Source: an uncultured Nitrospiraceae bacterium
GTDB lineage: Bacteria > Nitrospirota > Nitrospiria > Nitrospirales > Nitrospiraceae
Assembly (NCBI GenBank): GCA_963730935.1
Contig: CAVSTP010000004.1
Span: 896,001-960,000, forward strand
Direction of reading: 5' to 3'
DNA length: 64,000 nt
This document shows, in pieces, positions 28,741-38,400 of this stretch. The position numbers and the translations under genes are program-made. A model generated the notes under the pieces. That model ran no database searches. It saw only the letters and a list, made by a program, of their open reading frames with translations, and was not told the DNA's origin. Position 1 is the first letter of the stretch; every line of letters starts with the position of its first letter.

Positions 28741-29442
28741 TCAGCGGAGGTGCTGGGTGGACGCATCGAGATGCGTCAGCGGTTGGCCCCTCCGTCCGAT
28801 TGCGATCGCCTCGATTGCGCTCCCATAAGGGGTTGTCGTCCCATATCCCCTGACTTCCACGTCCATATTCTGTTGCAAGGACGAGTGAAAGTGCTCGCCC
28901 ACATCAGGAGGCAAGCGGACCTGCGTGCCGTCGGACAGGAGCGCACCATTGACGACGTCTTTCAAATGGTCATAGAGCAACACTTGGATGGTTCCTGCGG
29001 CGGTCATCTCGGTGACCGTCGGTCGTTCTTCCCTTGGCGGCATGGGAAGATCCAGCCGATAGGGCACAGTGTATGACCTACCATCAGTCACGTTGATGAT
29101 CACGTCGGGTTTCACGAGAGGCGAATCAGACGCACGGCGTCCATGCACACGTATGTGATCGCCGGGCTGGACTGCCTTCGTAAGGTCTTGCGCTGCACGG
29201 AGGGTGACGTGCATTTGGGATCCATCGCGCAGCAGTAACCCATTGACGTCCCCGCGAGGATTCAACAGATAACGATCAACGACGCCGTCGGCCACCGGAG
29301 GCTTCCCCATGGAGGGAGGATCGAGCACCGGAACAGAAAGACTGTCATCGGACGCTCGGTCCTGTGCCGGCGACATGGGAGAACATACAAGACCTGCTAT
29401 GAGAAAACCGGCAAAAAAGGTCTGAAGTGGTCTAGCTCGCAT
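28741..29442 (-). CDS. Secreted protein with two internal OB-fold-like repeats
   Basis: YLLNPRGDVNGLLLRDG and LLYDHLKDVVNGALLSDG. Confidence 0.7.
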   Translation of the reverse strand: MRARPLQTFFAGFLIAGLVCSPMSPAQDRASDDSLSVPVLDPPSMGKPPVADGVVDRYLLNPRGDVNGLLLRDGSQMHVTLRAAQDLTKAVQPGDHIRVHGRRASDSPLVKPDVIINVTDGRSYTVPYRLDLPMPPREERPTVTEMTAAGTIQVLLYDHLKDVVNGALLSDGTQVRLPPDVGEHFHSSLQQNMDVEVRGYGTTTPYGSAIEAIAIGRRGQPLTHLDASTQHLR

Positions 29443-29565
29443 CGGTCACCAGTCAGCCATGCATACGAATCTGTGGCATTTTGTATTTTGAAAGAAATCC
29501 TCGGCGGACATCAAGGTAGAAAACGCCAGATCTTGTGGGAATAACACCGACGTCGTTGTACTGAG

Positions 29566-30816
29566 TTACGGTAACGAGGTCGGCTGATGGCGGCTCGGAT
29601 CAGTCGTGCGCCAAGCGATTGTCGCTGCGCTCACGAGCAGGAGCGAGGCCAAGAGAAATGGCGCACCGGGTAGATGTCCTACTGCGTCTGAACCAATGAA
29701 GTAGGCAAACACTTCCGTAAAGAGCATCGGGCCGAGCAACCCCGCGACGCCGTTGATGCTCGCAATCGCGCCTTGAAATTGACCCTGCTCGGATAGGCTT
29801 ACCCGCCGGCTCATCAGCGCCTGCGTGGCGGGGCCGGCCAGTCCCCAGAAGGCCATGACCGGAATGCCCAGGCAGAAGATCCAACCCGCCGGCGCCACGC
29901 CATACACAAGAAATCCGGCCGCACCGCTGAGCGAGCCTGCGAGCAGCGTCGCTCGTTCGCCGAATCGTGCCGTGATCGGACGGATCAGCCCGCCTTGGAC
30001 AATCATCGCTGCGACGCCGACACCGGCCAACATCAGTCCGACTGATGCCGTGCCCCAGCCATAGCGATAGCCCATGTAGAGGACCGCTGTGCTGGGGAGC
30101 ACCGCATGGGCGAGGTAGCCAAGGAATGCCACGGCCGCAAGGCCGAACAGTTCATGGTGCGAACGCAGCAGCACCAGCGAGCCGACCGGGTTCGCCCGTC
30201 GCCAACCGAAGGCCATCCGGCTCTGGAGCGGCAACGACTCGGGAAGCACGAACAATCCATAGCCCGCATTCAACAGGCTGAGAGCCGCCGCGCCCCAAAA
30301 CGGTAAACGCGGATCAAATGTGCCTAGCCATCCGCCCAGCGCTGGTCCGAACACGAAGCCCAAGCCGAAGACCATGCCGATCTTGCCGTAGGCAGCCGCC
30401 CGCTCCTCCACCGGCGTCACGTCGGCGATGTAGGCGCCGGCGGTACTGAAACTGGACGACGCGATGCCGGACATCGTCCGGCCGATGATGAGCCAGACGA
30501 CGTTCGGCGCCAACGCCATCACGAGATAGTCGAGGCCCAATCCGAGATTCGACAGCAACACGACTGGCCGCCGCCCGAAGCGGTCCGACAGCGCGCCCTG
30601 GATCGGCGCGCAGATGAACTGCATCAGCGCCCAGGCCGTGCCCATCAGGCCGTAGATCACGGCTGCCTTGGCCGTGTCGCCGGAAAGAAACTCCTCGACC
30701 AGCTTTGGCAGCACCGGAATCACAATGCCAAACGACAGCATGTCGAGCAGGACCGTAACGAGAATGAAGAGGATCGCAGCCCGTCGAGGCGGGGGGACAG
30801 TCGACGTGTCGGTCAT
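29566..30816 (-). CDS. TCR/Tet-family MFS efflux transporter
   Basis: GALSDRFGRRP motif A; AYIADVT; GPALGG; PESL. Confidence 0.92.
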   Translation of the reverse strand: MTDTSTVPPPRRAAILFILVTVLLDMLSFGIVIPVLPKLVEEFLSGDTAKAAVIYGLMGTAWALMQFICAPIQGALSDRFGRRPVVLLSNLGLGLDYLVMALAPNVVWLIIGRTMSGIASSSFSTAGAYIADVTPVEERAAAYGKIGMVFGLGFVFGPALGGWLGTFDPRLPFWGAAALSLLNAGYGLFVLPESLPLQSRMAFGWRRANPVGSLVLLRSHHELFGLAAVAFLGYLAHAVLPSTAVLYMGYRYGWGTASVGLMLAGVGVAAMIVQGGLIRPITARFGERATLLAGSLSGAAGFLVYGVAPAGWIFCLGIPVMAFWGLAGPATQALMSRRVSLSEQGQFQGAIASINGVAGLLGPMLFTEVFAYFIGSDAVGHLPGAPFLLASLLLVSAATIAWRTTDPSRHQPTSLP

Positions 30817-30901
30817 GGCGGGCGCATCCTAACAGGTTGGAGCACCCGACTGCGAAGAAAGAGGAGCGGAGTCGACGGCCTCCGCTCCTCGTTGAAGACG
30901 G

Positions 30902-31294
30902 TTACTTGGCTTGGACGTCGAGCGGATATTGCGACGTGCCTGCTTCGGTGGAGACGGTGACCGGAATGGCGCCCGGCAGGAGATTCGGCACCGTGGCTTC
31001 GACAGTGGTCGGGCTCACATAGGTCCAGGCGTCCGTACTCTTGGGACCGAACGACACGCTGTGGAAGCAATGCTTGGTCCCGAAATTTTTACCGTTGATC
31101 GTGATTCTCTGACCCGGTTTGACAGGGTTCGGCATCACCATCGTGATCGTCGGATGCGCGCGATAATCGCACGCTGCCGGTTTCGCGGCCTTCCCGCTCG
31201 AAGGCGAAGACGACTTCGCATCGGCTATCGACCAGGAAAGCAGGAGTCCAATCAGACCACCAACGACCCAGAGACACGTCATGCGCTGTGTCAT
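30902..31294 (-). CDS. Secreted IPT/TIG domain protein
   Basis: PTITMVMP...PGQRITINGKNFG...ATVP. Confidence 0.8.
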   Translation of the reverse strand: MTQRMTCLWVVGGLIGLLLSWSIADAKSSSPSSGKAAKPAACDYRAHPTITMVMPNPVKPGQRITINGKNFGTKHCFHSVSFGPKSTDAWTYVSPTTVEATVPNLLPGAIPVTVSTEAGTSQYPLDVQAK

Positions 31295-31433
31295 GTTCTG
31301 CCTCCTTCCTCTGTCCTTCAAAAAAAGTGGCGTCATCCTCTTAAAGTGTACCAGAGCGGGCCAGACCTACAACGTAAGGCCGCGAAGTTGAGAGGAAAAC
31401 CCACGATTGGGGATACCCGTTACGATGACCGGC

Positions 31434-31960
31434 CTACGTGCTTCCCAGTACCGCCTGCCCTGCCTTCGCTTCTCTGCCGGTGATATGGTGTACCGCGCCG
31501 GCAACGAGATGCTGGATGATGTTGTAGAAGATGATGGGAACCATGATGCGAGGAAACGAGGCGAAGGGCAAGCGAAGCCAGCACCAGACCCGTGCCGTTG
31601 TTGTTCATGCCCAGCCCGTACATGAGCGACACCCGCTCTGCCTCGTCTAGGTACAGCTCAACCAATAGGCCGCTGAAAACGCGGCCACGTAAAGGCCGGT
31701 CGTGATGCTCAACATGAACGCCAGAAAATCGAGGTCGTGCTCCGCGATGGCCTTGGGAAGCGAGACCGACGCATTCGAGTAATCAACGTGAGTAAGATGA
31801 TGGAGTTGCTGAGCGTGATGTACGGCATCACGCCCGCAAGCCTCGGTTCTGGTACCACGAATCGTACCCCGAGGCCGATCAACGACGGCAGGACCACCCA
31901 TACGCCGAGAAACGCCGCCGAGCCATAAACTGCGACAGCCCGAGCAGCGTGTAGCTGCGG
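31434..31960 (-). pseudogene. Frameshifted 3' remnant of a bile acid:sodium symporter (BASS)-like gene
   Basis: Segments VWVVLPSLIG / YSNASVSLP / MYGLGMNNNGTGLVLA / PIIFYNIIQHLVAG separated by frameshifts; 5' part missing. Confidence 0.7.
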
Positions 31961-32015
31961 CTCTCCATTCTTCTCTCGGTCTGTGTTGTAATAAGGAACG
32001 TAGGGAGCGTCTTTC

Positions 32016-32477
32016 ATGCAAGCTTTAGAACTCAAAGTTCCACCGCCGGCGCTCATGCTGCTCTTTGCCGTCACCATGTGGCTGCTCTCAGTGTCTGTGC
32101 CGTCGCTGGCATTGGCGTTGCCGTGGCGGATTCCCGTGGCGCTCATACTTTGGAGCGCAGGGATTGCGATCGCGCTGGCCGCGCTGTTCGAATTTCTCCG
32201 GGCAAAGACCACGGTCAATCCACTCACTCCTGCAGCGGCGGCTGCCATGGTCACTTCAGGCATCTATCGGTACAGCCGTAACCCCATGTACGTGGGCTTA
32301 CTGCTCGCGCTCATCGGATGGTGCGTGTGGCTTTCGCACCTCTTGGCATTTGCGCTGCTGCCCTTCTTCATACTGTACATAAACCGCTTTCAGATTGAAC
32401 CGGAGGAGCGGGCGCTCTCGGCGAAATTCGGCGGACTCTTCAGGGATTATCGGCGTTCTGTCCGGAGATGGTTGTAA
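32016..32477 (+). CDS. Isoprenylcysteine carboxylmethyltransferase family protein
   Basis: GIYRYSRNPMYVG; EERAL; YRRSVRRWL. Confidence 0.9.
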   Translation: MQALELKVPPPALMLLFAVTMWLLSVSVPSLALALPWRIPVALILWSAGIAIALAALFEFLRAKTTVNPLTPAAAAAMVTSGIYRYSRNPMYVGLLLALIGWCVWLSHLLAFALLPFFILYINRFQIEPEERALSAKFGGLFRDYRRSVRRWL

Positions 32478-32568
32478 GGCTCACGCCTCAGCGCTTGTCC
32501 CTCGGGCAGCCGGCGCATCTAACCAATGGCCTCTGCTGCGCATTTCTCTTCCTGCTATACTGGGCGCG

Positions 32569-32904
32569 ATGCGTACTCTGATTGGCCCTCATATGCTTCT
32601 GATTGGCCGGTTTGCACTGCTGCTCTCCTTGTGGACCACGGCAGACAGCGTGATCGACCTTGTGTTTGAAGCGCCGGAGGCAACCTTGGGCGCTATAGCC
32701 ACCGAGGAACCCGACAATGCCGCCGAACACGTGCTCATGCCTTCCGCACGGGCCGACAGTTCAACCGACGTCACTGTAGTCCTCTCCGCCGATCCCGATT
32801 CTTCCTCTAGCATCGTTAGCGTTTCGACTCGAATAGCCGCCTCTTCCGTTGATCATCCTCCACGAAACAGCCCCGTTTCATTCTCCGTCCCGCTCCGCAT
32901 CTGA
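32569..32904 (+). CDS. Hypothetical protein upstream of the Omp85-like gene
   Basis: Hydrophobic N-terminus; low-complexity tail ending PLRI. Confidence 0.45.
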   Translation: MRTLIGPHMLLIGRFALLLSLWTTADSVIDLVFEAPEATLGAIATEEPDNAAEHVLMPSARADSSTDVTVVLSADPDSSSSIVSVSTRIAASSVDHPPRNSPVSFSVPLRI

Positions 32905-32982
32905 ACCATTACAACGTCTCTCTGTCCTGCGCCGCACGCAGTAGCGGCCAGGCATGTCATTTTTTCATGACGGAGGCCTGTA

Positions 32983-34290
32983 ATGCGATGTCGATTCATT
33001 ATTGCCCGTGATCTGTTCGTCTTCTTTCAACTGTGTCTGACGGCAAGTGTCATCCTTACGCTGAGCCTGTTCCTCTCCGTCGGAACTCTCCGAGCGGCAA
33101 CCGGCCTTGCGGACAGCGATCCCATGCGGATTGAGCAGATATATGTCGATGGACTAATCCATACGAAACAGGACACCATCACCCGGCTCCTGCCTCGATC
33201 CCTGCCCGCTGAATTTACGAGAGTCGAGATAGAGGAATTTGAACGGCGTGTCCGGAACCTCAGCCTGTTCGACCACGTTCTGGTGGCGCGTGTAGAGGAC
33301 ACCCTGAACGTCGCGGTTCGGGAAAAGATCACGCTGGCGCCGATCCTTAACTTCACGAGCGGCAGCAGCCTCAAGGATTTAAACGCCACCGTCGGCCTCG
33401 TTGAATACAACCTCTTCGGCACCGCCACACAATTGGGCGGCCAGTTCAATTACAGCCAACGCGGCCCCAATGTGGATATCTGGCTGTCGCAGCACGCCTT
33501 CGAGCCAGGACGTTGGGCGAAGGAAATCAAGGGATCGTACAACGTCAACGGCATCCGGTTTGCCGATTCGACGTCGAGCTGGAATCGCGACCGCTTCGGT
33601 GGAGAATTGGAACTGAAGGGCCCCTACCGATATGGATCGCCGTTACGCTATGAAGTCGTCTTGAAGATGTATCGTGAGCTGGTCGAAGACGACAAGGGCG
33701 TTCAACGTCCGCCGGACGGATATTACGTCGGCCTGATTCCGGAACTGACCTGGGACAAGTATCACTGGCACGATCTTGTGCCGAGCGGATACCGGCTGGC
33801 GCTCGAATTACGTCCTGGATTCTTTTTCGGTGCGAATCAGCAGCGCCATGAAGGCCGCCTCCGGTATCTGCAGGGTATCCCGCTGGGACCAAGTACGGTG
33901 TTCATGATCAACAGCGTGGTGGAAGCGGTCAACAACAGCGGAAATCCCAATCACAGTGTACTCATCGGCAGTATCGCCGGCGTGCGGGGACTCTCCGACA
34001 ACCTCTACCGCAACCGTGCGCAGGGGTACACGAATCTGGAGCTCCGGCACGTCATTCAGGTAGCGCCGCGCTGGGCGGTGCAGGGGGTGTTGTTCTCAGA
34101 CTTTGGTGCGTTTCAAACGTTCACGGACCAGGGGACCTTGCGCGACTGGCAGGGGGCCGTCAACGGGGGAGCCGGATTTCGGATCATTCCGACCTTCCTC
34201 GCCAATACCCTCCTGCGGGTGGATTTCGCACACCTGTTTTCGCCGAGTCCCAATTCGCTGATTCAGGTCGGCATCACACAATATTTCTAG
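32983..34290 (+). CDS. Omp85/BamA-superfamily outer membrane protein with a single POTRA domain
   Basis: GLIHTK..I..LL..RVRNLSLF (POTRA); VRG loop motif; C-terminal Phe. Confidence 0.78.
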   Translation: MRCRFIIARDLFVFFQLCLTASVILTLSLFLSVGTLRAATGLADSDPMRIEQIYVDGLIHTKQDTITRLLPRSLPAEFTRVEIEEFERRVRNLSLFDHVLVARVEDTLNVAVREKITLAPILNFTSGSSLKDLNATVGLVEYNLFGTATQLGGQFNYSQRGPNVDIWLSQHAFEPGRWAKEIKGSYNVNGIRFADSTSSWNRDRFGGELELKGPYRYGSPLRYEVVLKMYRELVEDDKGVQRPPDGYYVGLIPELTWDKYHWHDLVPSGYRLALELRPGFFFGANQQRHEGRLRYLQGIPLGPSTVFMINSVVEAVNNSGNPNHSVLIGSIAGVRGLSDNLYRNRAQGYTNLELRHVIQVAPRWAVQGVLFSDFGAFQTFTDQGTLRDWQGAVNGGAGFRIIPTFLANTLLRVDFAHLFSPSPNSLIQVGITQYF

Positions 34291-34296
34291 GACGCC

Positions 34297-34698
34297 TCAG
34301 GGTTCTGCGGCGGCTTCGCTGGAGGGTTGTTCGGACGTCAGCCAGGCGAAGGCCTCCTCGAATTCACGGAAGGCTCTGAGTTGGTAGCCGCGATTGGTTG
34401 CGCAGAGTTCGAGAAATGCCGCCCGATCAAAGTTGTCTTTTGGACGGTTCAACACTGCCACCCGGTTCTCAGGGGTGACACCGATGGAGCCAAGATCTCT
34501 CGCCAGCGTCCAGACGTCTAGCATCGTGGAATGCGAGCTCGCTTCACGAGAGTCGATCAGGATACGGGTCATATTTTCGCGCTTGCAGGCCGCCATCAAC
34601 TCACCCAACATGCCACGGCTGGTCTTCAGATCTATCTCACCCGTGATGTCGGTTTTCATGAATTCCCGGATGGGAATTACTCGGACATCGTACGTCAT
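34297..34698 (-). CDS. Hypothetical protein, SpoIIAA/STAS-like
   Basis: RILIDSR...VAVL...NRGYQLRAF..FEEAFAWL. Confidence 0.65.
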   Translation of the reverse strand: MTYDVRVIPIREFMKTDITGEIDLKTSRGMLGELMAACKRENMTRILIDSREASSHSTMLDVWTLARDLGSIGVTPENRVAVLNRPKDNFDRAAFLELCATNRGYQLRAFREFEEAFAWLTSEQPSSEAAAEP

Positions 34699-34795
34699 CT
34701 AGGACCTGCCCCTGAAAGACATCCCCTGACCCCATTAACTGGACATGAGAGGGTGAAAGGGTAAGACCCTTTTCATGCAAAGATCAAGAGGCGGC

Positions 34796-35092
34796 TCAAT
34801 ATTCAAATGCGACATGATAGAGGGCCGGAACCATCTCGATCCCCAACTGTTCCAACTTCGCTTTCATCGGCGTGACGCTCTTCTCATAGGCCTTCCAATA
34901 CACCTCTTCGTTTTCCCATAACGCGACATTGATGAAGTTGTACCGGCTCTCCGGCTTGATGCTCCGATGGAACTTTCCACTGATAAACCCCTGTTGCGAC
35001 GTGATATTTGTTTTGACATCCTGCCACCACTTCACGAACTCGTGTTCCTTGCCGTGGGGCACCGAAAACACGTTGATCAACGTGACTGCCAT
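34796..35092 (-). CDS. Antibiotic biosynthesis monooxygenase family protein
   Basis: LINVFSV; GFIS..FHRS; INVALWE. Confidence 0.85.
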   Translation of the reverse strand: MAVTLINVFSVPHGKEHEFVKWWQDVKTNITSQQGFISGKFHRSIKPESRYNFINVALWENEEVYWKAYEKSVTPMKAKLEQLGIEMVPALYHVAFEY

Positions 35093-35138
35093 GTGACCTC
35101 CGTTCTTCCGGCCGGGGCCGTAGCCATCTAGATAACGT

Positions 35139-35873
35139 TCACATCGCGACGCCACCTCCGGCCTGGATGGTATCGCCGGTGATCCACCCCGCCTCTTCGC
35201 TCACGACAAACGACACAACCTGAGCAATATCTGCCGGTGTACCGAGTCGTCCGAGCGGAGACGCCTGCACGCCGATCGTTTTGAGCTGAGGGTCGCTCAG
35301 CATGTCCGTCTCAGTATAGCCGGGAGAGACCGTGTTCACCGTGATGTTCTTGGCGCCAAGCTCCTTCGCCGCCACTTTGGTAAAAAACTCAAGGGCCGAC
35401 TTGCTGGCTCCATAAATGCTGATGCCCGGGAACGCCAACTTCGTCCCACCGGTGGAGATATTCACGATGCGTCCTCCATCCGCCATATGTTTTGCCGCCT
35501 CCTGAAGCGCAAAGAACTGTCCCTTCGCATTGACGGCAAACATCCGATCGTACTCTTCTTCGGTGGTGTCGACGATCGGCTTCGCCCAGAAGATCCCGGC
35601 GTTGTTGATGAGAATATCCAGGCGCCCGAAGGCCTTTTTCGTTTCCTGAAAGAGCCGTCGGATGTCATCGACCTTGCTCACGTCTGCCTGAACGGCCCTG
35701 GCAGTCCCGCCATGGGCCTTAATGCCGGCCACGACTTTCTCCGCCTCGTCCGCGCTCTTCGTGTAATTGACCACAATGGCGGCCCCATCCTTGGCCAGTC
35801 GCTCGGCAATGCCTCTTCCGATTCCGCGCGATGCGCCCGTCACGACCGCAACCTTTCCTTTGAGTGAAGCCAT
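35139..35873 (-). CDS. Short-chain dehydrogenase/reductase
   Basis: TGASRGIG; NNAG; YGASK. Confidence 0.93.
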   Translation of the reverse strand: MASLKGKVAVVTGASRGIGRGIAERLAKDGAAIVVNYTKSADEAEKVVAGIKAHGGTARAVQADVSKVDDIRRLFQETKKAFGRLDILINNAGIFWAKPIVDTTEEEYDRMFAVNAKGQFFALQEAAKHMADGGRIVNISTGGTKLAFPGISIYGASKSALEFFTKVAAKELGAKNITVNTVSPGYTETDMLSDPQLKTIGVQASPLGRLGTPADIAQVVSFVVSEEAGWITGDTIQAGGGVAM

Positions 35874-36257
35874 GACACTCCTCCTCTCGCGTTGAGACAC
35901 TGTGAGTTGACGCTGTTCCGTGCTGCTGCGTCTCTACGAGAGGCCTACGCATAGACTATTCCAGCTTCATCACACCGTGACGATTTAGCAAGAGCCTGAC
36001 AAACCTGGAGAATTGCTCTGGATGGACGGGATCATCATCCTAGCCGTGCAAGTGCCGACCGAGACAATGACGTCATCTCGGCAGATGCCGAATCTTCGGC
36101 TCAAACGATTGTTGGTGGTCAGGATGCGATCAACCCGCAACTCATTGTAACGGAACGCTGGCATCGAGGACCATCACTCGGGGGTTCCCTTGTGGCAGAT
36201 AGCGGTCACGAGCCGTATGCTGAATGTGAACGGCTGAATGTGTACGAAGGAGGTGTT

Positions 36258-36632
36258 ATGCTCATACTACGCATGGCCCTCATTGGTATGGGGGTTTCCA
36301 CTCTTCTGATGTGGTCCAGCCAGAGCGTGGCTGCGGAGCCCTCTCCGCCCAATCCGGATACAAATCAGCCGCGTCAACTGGAAGAATTCAAACCATTGAC
36401 GGGCCTTGATAACACGCCAAAGGGAGGCACGCTTCCCGGTGGTACCTTGCCGGGCGGCACACTTCGGGGAGGAACGCTTCCTGGCGGCACGGTACCCGGA
36501 GGCACCCTGCCAGGCGGTACGTTGCCGGGCGGAACCCTTCCTGGGGGAACAGTTCCTGGAGGAGCCCTTCCAGGCGGGACGGTCCCTGGTGGTACCGTAC
36601 CTGGCGGTACATTAGCCGGCGGCCCATTATAA
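36258..36632 (+). CDS. Secreted protein with GGT(L/V)P pentapeptide repeats
   Basis: RBS AAGGAGG; signal peptide; 13 repeats. Confidence 0.75.
   Translation: MLILRMALIGMGVSTLLMWSSQSVAAEPSPPNPDTNQPRQLEEFKPLTGLDNTPKGGTLPGGTLPGGTLRGGTLPGGTVPGGTLPGGTLPGGTLPGGTVPGGALPGGTVPGGTVPGGTLAGGPL
36423..36629 (+). repeat. Degenerate 15-bp coding tandem repeat, ~13 units
   Basis: Units differ mainly at third codon positions. Confidence 0.85.
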
Positions 36633-36654
36633 ATAATAGAAAAGGAACTTGCCG

Positions 36655-36930
36655 ATGAAACCGTTCATGATCGGAGCCGCAATAGTCCTGACGCTTGTCT
36701 CGCCGGTCTGGGCGGAGGAAGACCCTTCGCCGCAACCCAGCAAGGGATCATTGCGGGTCCAAGATCTGCCCAAACCGATCCCCGAGCTGCTCGACAAGAT
36801 CCAGCAGCTGAGTAGAAAGATTGAGCCAGAAATCTCCCGGATGGGCAGCACCCTCGGACAAGAGCTCAAGGTGACTGTCAAAAAACTCTGCGATGAACTT
36901 CAGTGTCAGGATCGATCGGAATCGAAGTAA
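36655..36930 (+). CDS. Small secreted helical protein
   Basis: Signal peptide VWA-EE; C-terminal CxxxxC. Confidence 0.7.
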   Translation: MKPFMIGAAIVLTLVSPVWAEEDPSPQPSKGSLRVQDLPKPIPELLDKIQQLSRKIEPEISRMGSTLGQELKVTVKKLCDELQCQDRSESK

Positions 36931-37159
36931 TTCTTCCATCCTCCGTTTCTCGATTCTCCCCCTCGTCCAAATGATCACCCCGCTCTGACGTCCTTCTTCC
37001 AGGGATTTCGCGTAATGCTTCTTGGATGTACGGGTGTAGGAGGCGCCAAATTGCCGTCCTGCTGTCCGTACCAGGGCATCGCTGCGCTGGTTGACGACTC
37101 TCAGCCGCTTGCTAAGCTTGAATGAGCGGTAGCTTTGATTCATCGACCCGGAGGACGCC

Positions 37160-37795
37160 ATGGACAGTCCACGATATGCGTATGCCGTTATTGGACTTGT
37201 TCTTATTCTCGGCGGATGCGGAGGCGGAGGAACGGTCTTTGCCCTAAAAGATCCCACCTATGCGGTGAAACCGACATCGGTCACGGTCATCACCGGCAGA
37301 TCCGAAGAGTCAGACATGAAACTCGCGGAGTATCTCACCCAGGAACTTAGAGATCGGACCCAGCTTAAAGTCATCGCTCAGGAGGAAGTCAGCAAAGCGG
37401 TCGCGAGTTATCCGATTGCGGTCAAGACGGTGGAAGAGAAAAACGGCGAGGTAGAATGGGTAGATCCGTCCGAGAAACCACGCCTCCAAAAGATCCAGTC
37501 GAAACTGAACACGAACTATGTGTTCGTGGTCTGGAGTAAACGCCTCAAGCAAACCTCCTACTGCTCGAGCCGCGGCGGATGTTCGAATACCTATTCCGCC
37601 GACGTCTATGGGAACATGCTCGAATACCCGAGCGGCCAGATCGTGTCCCACACCGCCTTTAATCGGCGAAACAGCGATAGCGTACTGGCTCTGTTCAGGT
37701 CCAAGGGCTACTACGTCGACGAACTGCTCAAGAAGTCCGCAGAAGATATTGTGGACGAGTTCATCAAGGTCACCAACACCGGCAAGGGGAAATAG
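37160..37795 (+). CDS. Lipoprotein, CsgG/LpoB/TolB-N-like fold
   Basis: Lipobox LGGC; paralogous to the next gene. Confidence 0.65.
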   Translation: MDSPRYAYAVIGLVLILGGCGGGGTVFALKDPTYAVKPTSVTVITGRSEESDMKLAEYLTQELRDRTQLKVIAQEEVSKAVASYPIAVKTVEEKNGEVEWVDPSEKPRLQKIQSKLNTNYVFVVWSKRLKQTSYCSSRGGCSNTYSADVYGNMLEYPSGQIVSHTAFNRRNSDSVLALFRSKGYYVDELLKKSAEDIVDEFIKVTNTGKGK

Positions 37796-37809
37796 CAAGG
37801 GAGGCGTTT

Positions 37810-38400
37810 GTGTGGCGTTCATCCGTGATGCGTTTGGGGCCCCTCATTGGACTCATCGTCGCTCTGAGCGGCTGTTCAACCTTCCATCTGACCCAGGAAC
37901 CCTTTCAGCCGAAAGGCAAGAAACTGGCCGTCATCGCGGGAATGACCAACGACAGCTCGCTGAGCATAGCCCAGAGCTTTGGCGACGAGCTGGGAAAAAC
38001 GAGCATGTTTCAAGTACTGTCGCAAAAGCAGGTCGCTCAAGCCATTCCCAATTATCCGCAGTTGGTCAAGGGACCTTACAAGTCGGCCTACTTCGAAATC
38101 GACGTGGATTACGCCAAAACGGACTTGTCACGCGTGAAGGAACTGCAGCAGCACCTCGGCGTGGATTATGTCTATGTGCTGTGGGCGCCGGCCACCGTCT
38201 CTCACGGCAATTCGAGTTGGTTTTCGAAACATTATCTCGTGACGCAGATCGTGGCTCAGCTGTTCGAATCTCCAGACGGCAAGGAAGTCGGGCGCGGCCA
38301 GTATGCGGTCCGGGTGGACGATCAGACCCATCAGGTCTTATCGGATGACATGCGCCGTGTGGCGCTGGAAATGGCCGAGAAGACTCACACCTTGAAGTAA
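37810..38400 (+). CDS. Lipoprotein, CsgG/LpoB/TolB-N-like fold
   Basis: Lipobox LSGC; KKLAVIAG...LGVDYVYVLW. Confidence 0.65.
   Translation: MWRSSVMRLGPLIGLIVALSGCSTFHLTQEPFQPKGKKLAVIAGMTNDSSLSIAQSFGDELGKTSMFQVLSQKQVAQAIPNYPQLVKGPYKSAYFEIDVDYAKTDLSRVKELQQHLGVDYVYVLWAPATVSHGNSSWFSKHYLVTQIVAQLFESPDGKEVGRGQYAVRVDDQTHQVLSDDMRRVALEMAEKTHTLK

Noticed and set aside
29566..30816. Acquired tetracycline resistance gene
   Set aside because: Generic TCR-family MFS; no tetR or mobile element nearby
36423..36629. CRISPR-like periodicity
   Set aside because: Contiguous in-frame 15-bp coding repeats with no spacers
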